From positions 1 through 49,018 of the forward strand of contig CAZRGC010000001.1 in the NCBI GenBank assembly GCA_964599625.1: a DNA stretch of 49,018 nt, written 5' to 3'. Under the pieces are notes generated by a model, which saw only the letters and a program-made list of their open reading frames with translations, made no database searches and was not told the DNA's origin. Shown here piece after piece: positions 36,433 through 45,016 of this stretch. Position 1 is the first letter of the stretch; the number at the start of each line of letters is the position of its first letter. The position numbers were made by a program, and so were the translations under genes. Source of the DNA: an uncultured Gammaproteobacteria bacterium (GTDB taxonomy: Bacteria > Patescibacteriota > Microgenomatia > UBA8517).

Positions 36433-37080
36433 ATGGCTGCCACCAAACCCCAGAAAACTTTTCTTTTTAAAGCTTTAGCTTTGGCTTTTGTGGTGTTTTG
36501 TCTGGGTCTTTATAAATTTCAAACCTCGCAAAAATGTGCAAATACAAAAAGCTGCACAGAAAGCTTGACTATGAAAGTTGAGAATGGAAGGGAGGCGATT
36601 TTTGGAGGCAGGTCTATGCAGGCTCCTGAGGTTAATTTGGCCGAAGCCGAGAGCGAGAAAAATGTTTTGGGGGAGATGGCTATGGCCGGTGAAAAAAGAA
36701 TTGAAGTTGATCTTACTTCCCAAACCCTAAAAGCTTATCAGGGTGACGTGATTGTTTTGGATACCCTGGTATCAACCGGAAAGTGGTTTCCGACACCTAC
36801 CGGTGAATTTAAAATATGGTACAAGGTTCGTTCAACGCGTATGACAGGTGGTGAGGGAGCAGACTTTTACGATCTTCCAAATGTTCAGTATGTTATGTTT
36901 TTTTATAACAAAGAAATTGCACAAGGCAGGGGTTTTGGATTTCATGGAGCCTATTGGCACAACAATTTTGGACACGCGATGAGTCATGGCTGTATAAATA
37001 TGCGCAACGTTGACGCACAAAAACTTTATAACTGGGCTGATACAGATACAAAAATAACAATATATGGCGAAGCTCCGTGA
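36433..37080 (+). CDS. L,D-transpeptidase (YkuD domain)
   Basis: TM anchor. IEVDLTSQTLKAYQGD..., FGFHGAYWHNNFGHAMSHGCINMRN (catalytic His and the SHGC Cys motif). Confidence 0.85.
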   Translation: MAATKPQKTFLFKALALAFVVFCLGLYKFQTSQKCANTKSCTESLTMKVENGREAIFGGRSMQAPEVNLAEAESEKNVLGEMAMAGEKRIEVDLTSQTLKAYQGDVIVLDTLVSTGKWFPTPTGEFKIWYKVRSTRMTGGEGADFYDLPNVQYVMFFYNKEIAQGRGFGFHGAYWHNNFGHAMSHGCINMRNVDAQKLYNWADTDTKITIYGEAP

Positions 37081-37684
37081 TCTTGCGATAATAACGATAT
37101 TGGTTGCGGTTTTGGCCGCAGCCGGAATTATGTTTTACAACGGAGGTTATCTTACGGGTGCAAATAAAACCAAACCTTCGCCAACATCTTCGTTGGAACC
37201 GGTTGCAGAGGTTACCGAAAAAGAGACCGAAGTAATTTCCCAAGACGGCAAACATATTTTGACCATGAGACAAACATTTAAGGAGGGGCTTTCTACTTAT
37301 GCTTTTTTCCTGAGCTCTGACAAAGATAAACAAAAAAAGGTTTTGTATACAACTGATTTTTTGGATGGCGTAAGTTATGAGTTGCCTTTTAATTCATTTT
37401 CACCTGACGGAAAGTTTCTTTTTATAAAGAGTAAAGATGCGGTTGGAGACAGGTTTTTGGTTTTTTCCACAAACATTTCAGCGGAAAAAGCTCAGGATCC
37501 GGTCGAGGTGGGTTCATTGTTTGCAGCAAAGTATACCGACTTGGTTTTAACTGATGTAACAGGTTGGGGAGGTTTGGGTCTTTTGGTTCTCAACTCGGAC
37601 AATGCTGAGGGTAAAAGTGTGCCGTCGTTTTGGTATGAAGCTTCTTCCGGCAGATTTATTAGACTTTCTACCAGATTTAATTAA
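37064..37684 (+). CDS. membrane-anchored hypothetical protein
   Basis: N-terminal TM helix. SPDGKFLF is a PD40-like fragment. 17-nt overlap with the ldt-like gene. Confidence 0.45.
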   Translation: MAKLRDLAIITILVAVLAAAGIMFYNGGYLTGANKTKPSPTSSLEPVAEVTEKETEVISQDGKHILTMRQTFKEGLSTYAFFLSSDKDKQKKVLYTTDFLDGVSYELPFNSFSPDGKFLFIKSKDAVGDRFLVFSTNISAEKAQDPVEVGSLFAAKYTDLVLTDVTGWGGLGLLVLNSDNAEGKSVPSFWYEASSGRFIRLSTRFN

Positions 37685-37699
37685 ACGTATCTCATAGTT

Positions 37700-37729
37700 T
37701 TGACTTCAAGAACGTTTGGGTGTTAAAAT
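37700..37729 (+). promoter_or_regulatory. sigma70-type promoter TTGACT-18 nt-TGtTAAAAT
   Basis: Hexamers at 37700-05 and 37724-29. A leader of about 35 nt with GAGGTG precedes ATG 37772. Confidence 0.5.
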
Positions 37730-37771
37730 TCCGTTTCAGTTTAGCAATTGATCTTTCAAATGAGGTGAAGA

Positions 37772-38170
37772 ATGGCAAAAGCCAATCAACAAAAGAAACT
37801 TGACCACAAAACAGTGGCCGATGCAGCCATAAGGTTGCAATCTTTGCTTATAAAGCGGCCGTTTGTGCTGGTCAAATTTTCCCAGGGCAGTTTGTTCCAC
37901 GAGGTCCATGCGGATATGTGGCTCACGGCAGAAATAGGCTACGAATCAAACTCGGCACATGTTGACAAGAATAAGCTTGTTATCAAAGCCGATAGTCGTG
38001 ATAGCGCAGATCGAATGGTTGTTGAAATAGTTCCACCTGAAGGTGGCAATGTTCTTTTTGGAATTAACTTCGACGGCAGAACGGCAACTTTTACTGTTGT
38101 TGGCGAACAAGCCGGCGACATTCAGGCGGTTTATTTTATTGCCGCACAAGACCTCGAAGAATTGATTTGA
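37772..38170 (+). CDS. hypothetical protein
   Basis: One of the few genes with an SD-like GAGGTG 5 nt upstream. Promoter at 37700-37729 and a terminator downstream. Confidence 0.55.
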   Translation: MAKANQQKKLDHKTVADAAIRLQSLLIKRPFVLVKFSQGSLFHEVHADMWLTAEIGYESNSAHVDKNKLVIKADSRDSADRMVVEIVPPEGGNVLFGINFDGRTATFTVVGEQAGDIQAVYFIAAQDLEELI

Positions 38171-38176
38171 CCCGTT

Positions 38177-38211
38177 GCACGGGGCTTTACAAAAAAGTCC
38201 CGTGCTTTTTC
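38177..38211 (+). terminator. Rho-independent terminator
   Basis: Stem GCACGGG (38177-38183) / CCCGTGC (38199-38205), followed by TTTTT. Confidence 0.7.
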
Positions 38212-38252
38212 TCCCTTGAATGATAAAATACAGTTGTTCGTGTTAGCCACAG

Positions 38253-38325
38253 GGCCCCATCGTCTAGTGGCCTAGGACATCAGGTTCTCATCCTGAAAAC
38301 CTGGATTCGAATTCCAGTGGGGTCA
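38253..38325 (+). tRNA. tRNA-Glu (anticodon CUC); CCA not encoded
   Basis: Manual cloverleaf: acceptor GGCCCCA/TGGGGTC, D arm GTCT/GGAC, anticodon stem TCAGG/CCTGA with loop TTCTCAT, T arm CTGGA-TTCGAAT-TCCAG, discriminator A. Total 73 nt. Confidence 0.85.
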
Positions 38326-38490
38326 CAAATCTGCGATTTGTTCCACCATTCCATTCGAAGTATTTTATGGTATTGCATACTATACTTTCGAATTCCAGTG
38401 GGGTCACTCGCTTTGCTCGTTCCCTCCCTGTAATTCGATGGTGCATTCAGAGGTATTTCATACTTTGCACACGAATTCCAGTGGGGCCAC
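38306..38490 (+). repeat. three direct copies of the tRNA-Glu 3' end (T-loop + 3' T-stem + 3' acceptor strand) in a diverged ~82-nt tandem unit
   Basis: TTCGAATTCCAGTGGGGTCAC occurs at 38306-38326 (inside the tRNA) and identically at 38387-38407. CGAATTCCAGTGGGGCCAC at 38472-38490 has one mismatch. Confidence 0.85.
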
Positions 38491-38633
38491 AAGTATCGCA
38501 AGGTTCAGCGCGACCCGTTGGCCTGCGCTAAAAAGCCCGATGTGGCTTGCTAGTTTTTGACACAATAATTGAAAATTGCACTTTGCATCCTGTAATGTCT
38601 AGTTGTAAGTAATCGGGTAAAATCACCTAATAA

Positions 38634-39866
38634 ATGAGCAGAACTTCTTTACTAAGACGCAATATCTTACTTTATCGCCTACTCTTAGTCCTTGGTGCCA
38701 ATGGCCTGATGACATCAGTCATATATTTCTTTCTTACTGTGACGCGAGGATTTAACCCTTACCAGGCACTCTTTTTAATTGGACTTGGTGCACTTGCCAA
38801 AGCAATATCAGAAGTGCCAACTGGTATAATTGCAGACAAATTCTCCAGAAAATATTCAATTTTAATTGGTTATGTAGTTATATTGATTAGCTGGATCGGA
38901 ATATTGGCGGTAACTGGATTTATTCCAATGTTTTTGTTTGTTGTTCTTGGTGGTATTGGGGGAAGTTTTATTTCGGGTGCTGATGACGCACTTCTGTATG
39001 ACACATTAAAGGAGCTTGATAAAACAGACCAGTTTAAGCCAATTACTAATATCTCTGAAAGTATCGAACTGGTAGCTTTCGCTGCAACCGTTTTAATTGG
39101 TGGCTTGTTAGGCAGCATCAACTTTCTTTTACCATTGGTTGCTCACATCACTTTACTTATCATTTCAGTGTTTATTACCTATTTGTTGGTGGAACCACAA
39201 ATGACAGTTAAAGGAGAGAAAATTGAACAAATTGGATATATACTTCATGCTAAGAAGAGTATAAAGACAATAGTTTCCGAGACTGGTCTTAGAAGTGGGC
39301 TATTGGGGTCGTTTATCTCTTTGGCTCTCATACTAGCAGTATTTAAGTCTACAAAGAATATTCTTTCACCTGTTTTAGACCAATATGGATTTGCCGTCTC
39401 AACAATTGGATTAATCACTTCTGCAATAATTCTAATTAAGGCAGTTGGGGCATTTATTGCTTCCAAAGTAAGCAAGCAAGGGAATGAGAAAAAGGAAGTT
39501 GTTCTTTGTTTAGCCTTATGTATTTTGGGTCTATTAGCAATAACTCTAATTCGTATTCCTCTACTTCAATTGACGATATTCGTATTCATTATCAGCCTAG
39601 ATAATGTTATTTTGGTAAACCTAAAGGCTATAGTTAATGAAAAAATTGAAAGCACCCAAAGGTCAACTGTACTATCCCTTCTCTCCCTATTGGCAAGGTC
39701 AACGGAGATGCTTTTTTTGACCAGCTTTGGCTGGATTGTAGGTGCTTACCCAATTGGTCTTGCATTACTCTTTACAACTGGGTGGCTGGTTATCGCTGCT
39801 GTAATATTGGCTCTATTTACCAGTTCTAGGATATATGTTTTGCTTGCTAGTAAGGCTAGTAAATAA
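38634..39866 (+). CDS. MFS transporter
   Basis: About 12 hydrophobic segments. The loop 2-3 motif GIIADKFSRKYSIL fits MFS motif A. Confidence 0.7.
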   Translation: MSRTSLLRRNILLYRLLLVLGANGLMTSVIYFFLTVTRGFNPYQALFLIGLGALAKAISEVPTGIIADKFSRKYSILIGYVVILISWIGILAVTGFIPMFLFVVLGGIGGSFISGADDALLYDTLKELDKTDQFKPITNISESIELVAFAATVLIGGLLGSINFLLPLVAHITLLIISVFITYLLVEPQMTVKGEKIEQIGYILHAKKSIKTIVSETGLRSGLLGSFISLALILAVFKSTKNILSPVLDQYGFAVSTIGLITSAIILIKAVGAFIASKVSKQGNEKKEVVLCLALCILGLLAITLIRIPLLQLTIFVFIISLDNVILVNLKAIVNEKIESTQRSTVLSLLSLLARSTEMLFLTSFGWIVGAYPIGLALLFTTGWLVIAAVILALFTSSRIYVLLASKASK

Positions 39867-40130
39867 TCCCAAGAATAGATGTGTAATCATTACACAAAAT
39901 ATCGTAAAGAAAGAAAAAAAGTAGCAAAAAAAGAAAGAAATATAAATATTTTAAATAACTATTAGTAGTAGTAAGCTGGGGCTGAACTGAGGCTAGGATA
40001 TACAACCTCCCTCCACTGATATAGAGAGTTACGAACTTGGTTCCAATTCTGAAACATTTGGGTCACCCTTCGACTGGTTCAGGGTTTGTGCGATAATAAC
40101 TTGTGAGTTGGTTTGTTTACATACTTCTTT

Positions 40131-40658
40131 ATGGATAAATTCAAAGGCGAACAACCAAGAAAACCGTACGTATTTGATGTCACACAAGCTGACTTTGATG
40201 CCGTAAAGGGAACTCCTGAGGAACAGGAGCAAATGAGGAAGTTTGACAGAATTGCCAAGGAGTATAAAGACAAAAGGGCTACACATACATTAGATCTTCA
40301 AATAACTAAAGAAGCATACGAAAGAATAAAAGATAAACCAGGAACAAAAGCCGAGGGTTACTCAAGGCTTGTTGTTATGGAAATTGGCGGGGAGACTTCG
40401 TACCACCTTATTCCTTCTCCGTTTGAATCAGTTTGGGATATCAAAAAATCGGATAACCCCAACAGGGAAGAGCTGATACTTGTTGCCAAAGGATTAAATC
40501 TTTTTGAGGGGCGCCAGGTAAGGTTTGAACTTATAACAGTTGATTCTCAAAAAGTTGGTGCTTCGGAAGACGCGATAGATATAACCCCTGAGGATCTTTT
40601 GGGTTCACGACTTATAACAATTGGTGATGCCAAGAAGTTGACCTTGGGTCTAGACTGA
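40131..40658 (+). CDS. hypothetical protein
   Basis: ORF 40113..40658. I prefer the ATG at 40131 (MDKFKGEQ..). Confidence 0.45.
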   Translation: MDKFKGEQPRKPYVFDVTQADFDAVKGTPEEQEQMRKFDRIAKEYKDKRATHTLDLQITKEAYERIKDKPGTKAEGYSRLVVMEIGGETSYHLIPSPFESVWDIKKSDNPNREELILVAKGLNLFEGRQVRFELITVDSQKVGASEDAIDITPEDLLGSRLITIGDAKKLTLGLD

Positions 40659-40674
40659 AACATAATTAAAATTA

Positions 40675-41037
40675 ATGTCCAAAGAAACTAGTAATCCACA
40701 AGAAGAAGATAAACAGATAGTGTGGACCATACATGAAACAAACCCTGAGTTGGTTGCCAAAATGCGCGAAAAACTTTCGGAAGTGATTGATCCGGAAATC
40801 GGTTTGGACATAATTCAACTTGGGTTGGTGCGTGACTTTTCTGTTTCGGAAGACGCGGGACATCTTAAAATGGTACTTACAACACCCTTTTGTCCGTATG
40901 GACCCGAAATGGTGGAGTTTACCAGAATCAAAGCTGAAGTGGGTTTGGGAAAACCGGTTGTGGTAGAACTCATTCCTGAAGTTTGGAATTTTTCCTATAT
41001 GGAAAATCCTGATCTTTTGGGTTGGGGAATGTATTAA
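40675..41037 (+). CDS. DUF59/MIP18-family Fe-S cluster assembly protein (SufT/PaaD-like)
   Basis: EVIDPEIGLDIIQLGLVRD....MVLTTPFCP is the DUF59 signature. Confidence 0.75.
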   Translation: MSKETSNPQEEDKQIVWTIHETNPELVAKMREKLSEVIDPEIGLDIIQLGLVRDFSVSEDAGHLKMVLTTPFCPYGPEMVEFTRIKAEVGLGKPVVVELIPEVWNFSYMENPDLLGWGMY

Positions 41038-41061
41038 TATATAATTTCTTTAGGTAAAAAT

Positions 41062-41535
41062 ATGAGTGAACCGGATATCAGCTTGCCACATCCAAACTTT
41101 TCAGTGGACCAGGAACACCTTCAAATGGTTGAGTCTCAGGAACTTCGGGATAATCTTATGCAAGAACTTCAGGAAAAAAAAGATGAGCTTAGAAAACTGG
41201 CCGAATCAAAACCTCAGGCAAATAAATATTTATATATGGGAAGCTCATTGGGGTCTACTTTTGGGCTTTTGGGTGGGTCGATTGTTAATTCTTTGACTGG
41301 CGGAGAGAACTTAAATCTATTGGGTCAGGGCATGATGCTTGGAATGAGTGTTGGTACTGCAATAGGTGGAGCCATGGATAGGGTGGCCGAGGCGGGTTAT
41401 AACAAGATGAAAAATTTTGTGCAAGAACAGCATAAAAAATTTACCCAAAGAGTTTGGAAAGCCATACCCGAAAAGCTAAGGGGAGATATTTCTAGAAAGT
41501 TGAACGAGAGTTTGAAGGGTAACGTATACGAATAA
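41062..41535 (+). CDS. hypothetical protein with glycine-zipper hydrophobic core
   Basis: GSSLGSTFGLLGGSIV...GMMLGMSVGTAIGGA. Confidence 0.45.
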   Translation: MSEPDISLPHPNFSVDQEHLQMVESQELRDNLMQELQEKKDELRKLAESKPQANKYLYMGSSLGSTFGLLGGSIVNSLTGGENLNLLGQGMMLGMSVGTAIGGAMDRVAEAGYNKMKNFVQEQHKKFTQRVWKAIPEKLRGDISRKLNESLKGNVYE

Positions 41536-41536
41536 T

Positions 41537-41935
41537 ATGACTGTCTACGATCAGGTAAAAAACATATTTACGGAAATGTTTGATGTTGCCGGATTTGAAG
41601 CAACGCAAAGCAAGGAAATGGTTAACGATGTTTTGAATATTTGGGTTGCCAAGTCCCTCTTCAAACTTTTTGATATCTTGAATGAAGAAGAAAAAAACAG
41701 GTTCTCTGTAATTTTGGACAAACTTTCCACAGGTGAAAACAAAGATCAGGACCAGAAGGACTTTATATGGCTTATAAACAACTTGGACGAGGATAGAAAA
41801 TCAAAAGCTATGGAGATAATTTTTGACGAGGCCGGAAGCTTGACCGAGGACATGATGACCAAATTTAACCTGAAATCTTCTGATGAACAAAAAACTGAGT
41901 TTGCAAAGAGGGTGTCTGCCATAATTAAAGTCTGA
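41537..41935 (+). CDS. hypothetical protein
   Basis: Starts 1 nt after the preceding stop codon. Confidence 0.45.
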   Translation: MTVYDQVKNIFTEMFDVAGFEATQSKEMVNDVLNIWVAKSLFKLFDILNEEEKNRFSVILDKLSTGENKDQDQKDFIWLINNLDEDRKSKAMEIIFDEAGSLTEDMMTKFNLKSSDEQKTEFAKRVSAIIKV

Positions 41936-41967
41936 GCCCGTGATCTTCTTTGATGTAGTTCGAAATA

Positions 41968-41996
41968 TTGACACGGGTATGGTAAAGGGATAAAAT
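41968..41996 (+). promoter_or_regulatory. sigma70-type promoter (TTGACA-17 nt-TAAAAT)
   Basis: TTGACA at 41968-41973, a 17-nt spacer, and TAAAAT at 41991-41996. Confidence 0.55.
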
Positions 41997-42002
41997 CACC
42001 CT

Positions 42003-42126
42003 CATTAGCCTAGTAATATGACAAATAACGCCTCTCTTTATAGCTTTAGCTGCCAAATTATTTGGGCAGTCTAATCGTGGAGAGACGCTAAACTAGGTCC
42101 CTCCAAAAATAAGGAGGGATTTTTTT
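42003..42126 (+). ncRNA. structured greA leader / small RNA ending in an intrinsic terminator
   Basis: Three nested helices: CCTAGT 42009-14 with ACTAGG 42092-97; CGCCTCTCT 42029-37 with GGAGAGACG 42079-87; and hairpin CTGCC 42050-54 with GGCAG 42065-69. A terminator hairpin follows. Confidence 0.4.
42098..42126 (+). terminator. Rho-independent terminator 14 nt upstream of the greA ATG
   Basis: TCCCTCC (42098-104), loop AAAAATAA, GGAGGGA (42113-119), then T7. Confidence 0.7.
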
Positions 42127-42139
42127 GTAACTAAAAAAT

Positions 42140-42604
42140 ATGAAACACGCTTTAAAACTAACAAAACAAGGCCTTTTGGATCTGAAGGCAGAGCTTTTGG
42201 ACCTGACGGACGTAAAGCGCCCGAAATTGGTTGACAGGCTTGCCAACGCCAGATCTCAGGGAGATTTGTCTGAAAACAGCGACTACCAAAGCGCCAAAGA
42301 GGAATTGGAGTTTTTGGATGGAAGAATTGATGAACTTGCCGAGGTTATCAAAAATGCTGTTGTGGTTGAGGATAAAGTTTCACCAAACGGCGGAATTGGA
42401 ATCGGTACTGCTGTAACTGTTAAGGTGAACGGCAAAGAAGTCCTGTTTCATATAGTTGGGGAATGGGAAGCAGACCCCATGAATAAAAAGATATCTCACG
42501 ACTCGCCGTTAGGATCTGCGCTTTTGGGCAAAAAAGTTGGTGACAAAGCAGAAGTTGACGCACCGGCCGGTAGAATAGTTTACGAAGTAGTTAAGGTTGG
42601 CTAA
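42140..42604 (+). CDS. greA: transcription elongation factor GreA
   Basis: N-terminal coiled coil with RSQGDLSENSDYQSAKEE, and a C-terminal FKBP-like domain. Confidence 0.9.
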   Translation: MKHALKLTKQGLLDLKAELLDLTDVKRPKLVDRLANARSQGDLSENSDYQSAKEELEFLDGRIDELAEVIKNAVVVEDKVSPNGGIGIGTAVTVKVNGKEVLFHIVGEWEADPMNKKISHDSPLGSALLGKKVGDKAEVDAPAGRIVYEVVKVG

Positions 42605-42643
42605 CAACCCTCTTTTGTTTCTGCCTTCATTTTATTTTTAGTC

Positions 42644-42652
42644 TGATATAAT
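42644..42652 (+). promoter_or_regulatory. extended -10 promoter element TGATATAAT, 7 nt upstream of the lysS ATG
   Basis: TG at 42644-45 and TATAAT at 42647-52; the ATG is at 42660. Confidence 0.45.
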
Positions 42653-42659
42653 TAGGCAC

Positions 42660-44135
42660 ATGGGAAAAAGACTGGAAGTACTCAAAGAAGTCCGCTTGGA
42701 TAAACTTCAAAAACTGAAAGATAAAAAAATAAATCCTTATCCGTCTAACATAAAACTTGGTGGCAATTTTTTGAAAATCTCCCAAGCCCGCGAAAAACTT
42801 GACCACGAGGTTCTGGTGGCAGGCCGAATTTGGGCAATCAGAGAACACGGAGCAGTGGCTTTTTTTGACCTTAAAGATGACACAGGGGTGGTCCAGGTTC
42901 TGTTTCAAAAGAAAATTTTTAACGAGGAATTCAAAACATTAAATCTTTTTGATGTAGGTGATTTTTTGGCCGTAAAAGGAAAAGTTATAAAAACCCAAGC
43001 CGGCGAAACTACTGTTGATGCCGGTGAGTTTGAACTACTTACAAAATCTATCCGCCCGATACCTTCTGTCTGGTTTGGTCTTAAAGACGAGGAAGAAAGA
43101 TATAGACAGCGTTATGTGGATCTTTTGATAAACGACGATCTAAAAGACTTGTTTGTTAAAAAGTCTCGTTTTTGGAATTCCATGAGGAATTTTCTTATCG
43201 AAAAAGGATTTTTAGAAGTGGAAACACCTGTTTTGGAAAATACAGCAGGCGGGGCAGATGCCAATCCGTTTGTTACTCACCACAATGCTTTGGATATAGA
43301 CCTGTATTTGCGTATATCTATGGGGGAGCTTTGGCAAAAACGCCTAATGGTTGCAGGATTCGGTAAAACGTTTGAGATTGGCCGCCAATTCCGAAATGAG
43401 GGGATAGACAGGGAACATTTGCAAGACTATACGCAAATGGAGTTTTATTGGTCCTACGCAGATTACAAGGACTCCATGAAGCTTGTGGAAGAAATGTATA
43501 AGTATGTTGCTCAGGAAACTTTTGGAACGCTTAAATTTGAGATCGGCGGACACAAGGTAGACCTTTCCGGTAATTGGGAGAAGATTGATTACCGTGATAC
43601 AGTCCTGGAAGAAACAGGTGTTGATATTGCCTCTATTACAGACGAAGACCTTAGAGGTGAACTTTCAAAAAGAAATATTGAATTCGAAAAATCAGATGAA
43701 CGAGGCAGGCTAATTGACACACTTTGGAAGACAGTAAGAAAGAAAATAACAGGCCCTGTGTTTTTGACAGGACACCCCGTCGAGGTGTCCCCTTTGGCCA
43801 AAAGAATGGAAAATAAACCGGAGTTTGTGGAGAGATATCAGGTGATAATTGCGGGAAGCGAGAACGGAAACGGATATTCAGAACTTAACGACCCTGTGGA
43901 TCAGGCTGAAAGATTTGCAGAACAAGAAAAGATGAGAGAAGCGGGGGATGCGGAAGCCCAGATGCATGACAATGATTTTGTGAGAGCATTGGAATACGGC
44001 ATGCCGCCCACATCCGGATTTGGAGTTTCGGAAAGACTGTTTTCGTTTCTGGCAGGTAAGTCGATTCGTGAAACAGTGCTATTTCCTCTACTGCGCCCAG
44101 AGGATGGAAAGAGGGGTGATAAAAATGATGAATGA
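42660..44135 (+). CDS. lysS: lysyl-tRNA synthetase, class II
   Basis: OB-fold anticodon-binding domain plus the class II core (..FRNEGIDREHLQDYTQMEFY.., ..GNGYSELNDP.., ..GMPPTSGFGVSERL). Confidence 0.95.
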   Translation: MGKRLEVLKEVRLDKLQKLKDKKINPYPSNIKLGGNFLKISQAREKLDHEVLVAGRIWAIREHGAVAFFDLKDDTGVVQVLFQKKIFNEEFKTLNLFDVGDFLAVKGKVIKTQAGETTVDAGEFELLTKSIRPIPSVWFGLKDEEERYRQRYVDLLINDDLKDLFVKKSRFWNSMRNFLIEKGFLEVETPVLENTAGGADANPFVTHHNALDIDLYLRISMGELWQKRLMVAGFGKTFEIGRQFRNEGIDREHLQDYTQMEFYWSYADYKDSMKLVEEMYKYVAQETFGTLKFEIGGHKVDLSGNWEKIDYRDTVLEETGVDIASITDEDLRGELSKRNIEFEKSDERGRLIDTLWKTVRKKITGPVFLTGHPVEVSPLAKRMENKPEFVERYQVIIAGSENGNGYSELNDPVDQAERFAEQEKMREAGDAEAQMHDNDFVRALEYGMPPTSGFGVSERLFSFLAGKSIRETVLFPLLRPEDGKRGDKNDE

Positions 44136-44427
44136 CGATATGAAATTTATGAGAGTTAAGTGGCTTGAGAAGCATGTAATGGTTGATCTTTTGCTGTCTA
44201 TTTCTTTTTCCGTTTTTGGAATGCTTCTTATTTTTGGACTTGGATTTGTTTTTCCGACAATAAACCCATATGAAGTAATTAAATGGATTATTATTGTTGC
44301 AGCAGCAGCTTTCCTTTTTTCTTTTCTTAAATACATTGCTTATTTGGTTGCTAAATCCAAAGCGATGAGGGAAATGAGAGAAGAAGTGAAGAAAGAGGTT
44401 AAGGTTAAAAAAACTTCCAGAAAATGA
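44125..44427 (+). CDS. small 2-TM membrane protein
   Basis: The ATG at 44125 is preceded by the SD-like GAGGGGTG. The longer ORF form (44020) would lie inside lysS. Confidence 0.45.
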   Translation: MMNDDMKFMRVKWLEKHVMVDLLLSISFSVFGMLLIFGLGFVFPTINPYEVIKWIIIVAAAAFLFSFLKYIAYLVAKSKAMREMREEVKKEVKVKKTSRK

Positions 44428-45014
44428 CAAGAGAAAAAGCAATAGAGCTTTTACACTCTAAGATGGAATCGCAGAATCTGCGCAAACACTGCTACAGTGT
44501 AGGCGCGGTTATGCGTGCACTTGCGTTGCATTTTTACCCGAACGCAACAGATAATGCCGAAGGTCGTGATCTTGTGGAACGATGGGAAGTTGTGGGGCTT
44601 CTTCATGACGGGGATTATGAATTTACAAAAACAGACCACGGAAATCACGCAAAAATGATGGCGGGTTGGGTAAGGGAAACGGGTGAGACCGACGAAGAAC
44701 TTTTGACAGGTATTGAGTCACATGGATGGTTCCACGAAGGAAAAAAACCAGAAACACAAATGCAGTGGGCTTTGTTTTGCTCCGACGAGCTAACGGGGCT
44801 TATTACTGCCGTTACTTTGGTGCGGCCGGACAAAAAACTGGCAAACGTCACTGTGGAAAATATTCTTTCTAAATGGAAACAAAAAAGTTTTGCAGCCGGG
44901 GTTAAAAGGGAAGATATAGAAAACTGCGAAAAAGAATTGGGTATACCTCTAAATGATTTTATAAAAATTGCGCTAACGGCAATGCAAGGAATCTCCAAAG
45001 AACTTGGTTTATAA
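44424..45014 (+). CDS. HD-domain phosphohydrolase
   Basis: KHCYSVGAVMRALA ... VVGLLHDGDYE ... H..W. ATGA overlap with the upstream gene. Confidence 0.7.
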   Translation: MTREKAIELLHSKMESQNLRKHCYSVGAVMRALALHFYPNATDNAEGRDLVERWEVVGLLHDGDYEFTKTDHGNHAKMMAGWVRETGETDEELLTGIESHGWFHEGKKPETQMQWALFCSDELTGLITAVTLVRPDKKLANVTVENILSKWKQKSFAAGVKREDIENCEKELGIPLNDFIKIALTAMQGISKELGL

Positions 45015-45016
45015 AA

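Noticed and set aside
38306-38490. Whether the 3-copy repeat with spacers of about 60 nt is a CRISPR array.
   Set aside because: There are only three copies. The repeat is a piece of the adjacent tRNA, the spacers are homologous to each other (so this is a tandem duplication), and no cas genes or leader are present.
38280-38501. 73-aa minus-strand ORF (MRYLWPHW...DPTGIR...DPTGIR...).
   Set aside because: It lies antisense across the tRNA-Glu gene and the tRNA-3'-end repeats. Its internal DPTGIR repeats are simply the translated DNA repeats, so this is not a gene.
39903-39950. Purine-rich, A-rich tract (aaagaaagaaaaaaagtagcaaaaaaagaaagaaatataaata) downstream of the MFS gene.
   Set aside because: It is low-complexity sequence with no repeat-unit structure, hairpin or coding potential. 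I noted it only as possible junk or remnant DNA in the tRNA-repeat finding.
42018-42074. 18-codon ORF (MTNNASLYSFSCQIIWAV) inside the greA leader, as a possible leader peptide.
   Set aside because: It has no ribosome-binding signal and lies within predicted helices P2 and P3. It shows no codon bias suggestive of attenuation by a specific amino acid.
42111-42119. AAGGAGGGA upstream of greA as a Shine-Dalgarno sequence.
   Set aside because: It lies 22 nt from the ATG, which is too far. It is also the 3' arm of the terminator hairpin that pairs with TCCCTCC.
44020-44124. Upstream part of ORF 44020..44427.
   Set aside because: It lies entirely inside the highly conserved 3' end of lysS in another frame. 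An SD-like GAGGGGTG precedes the ATG at 44125.
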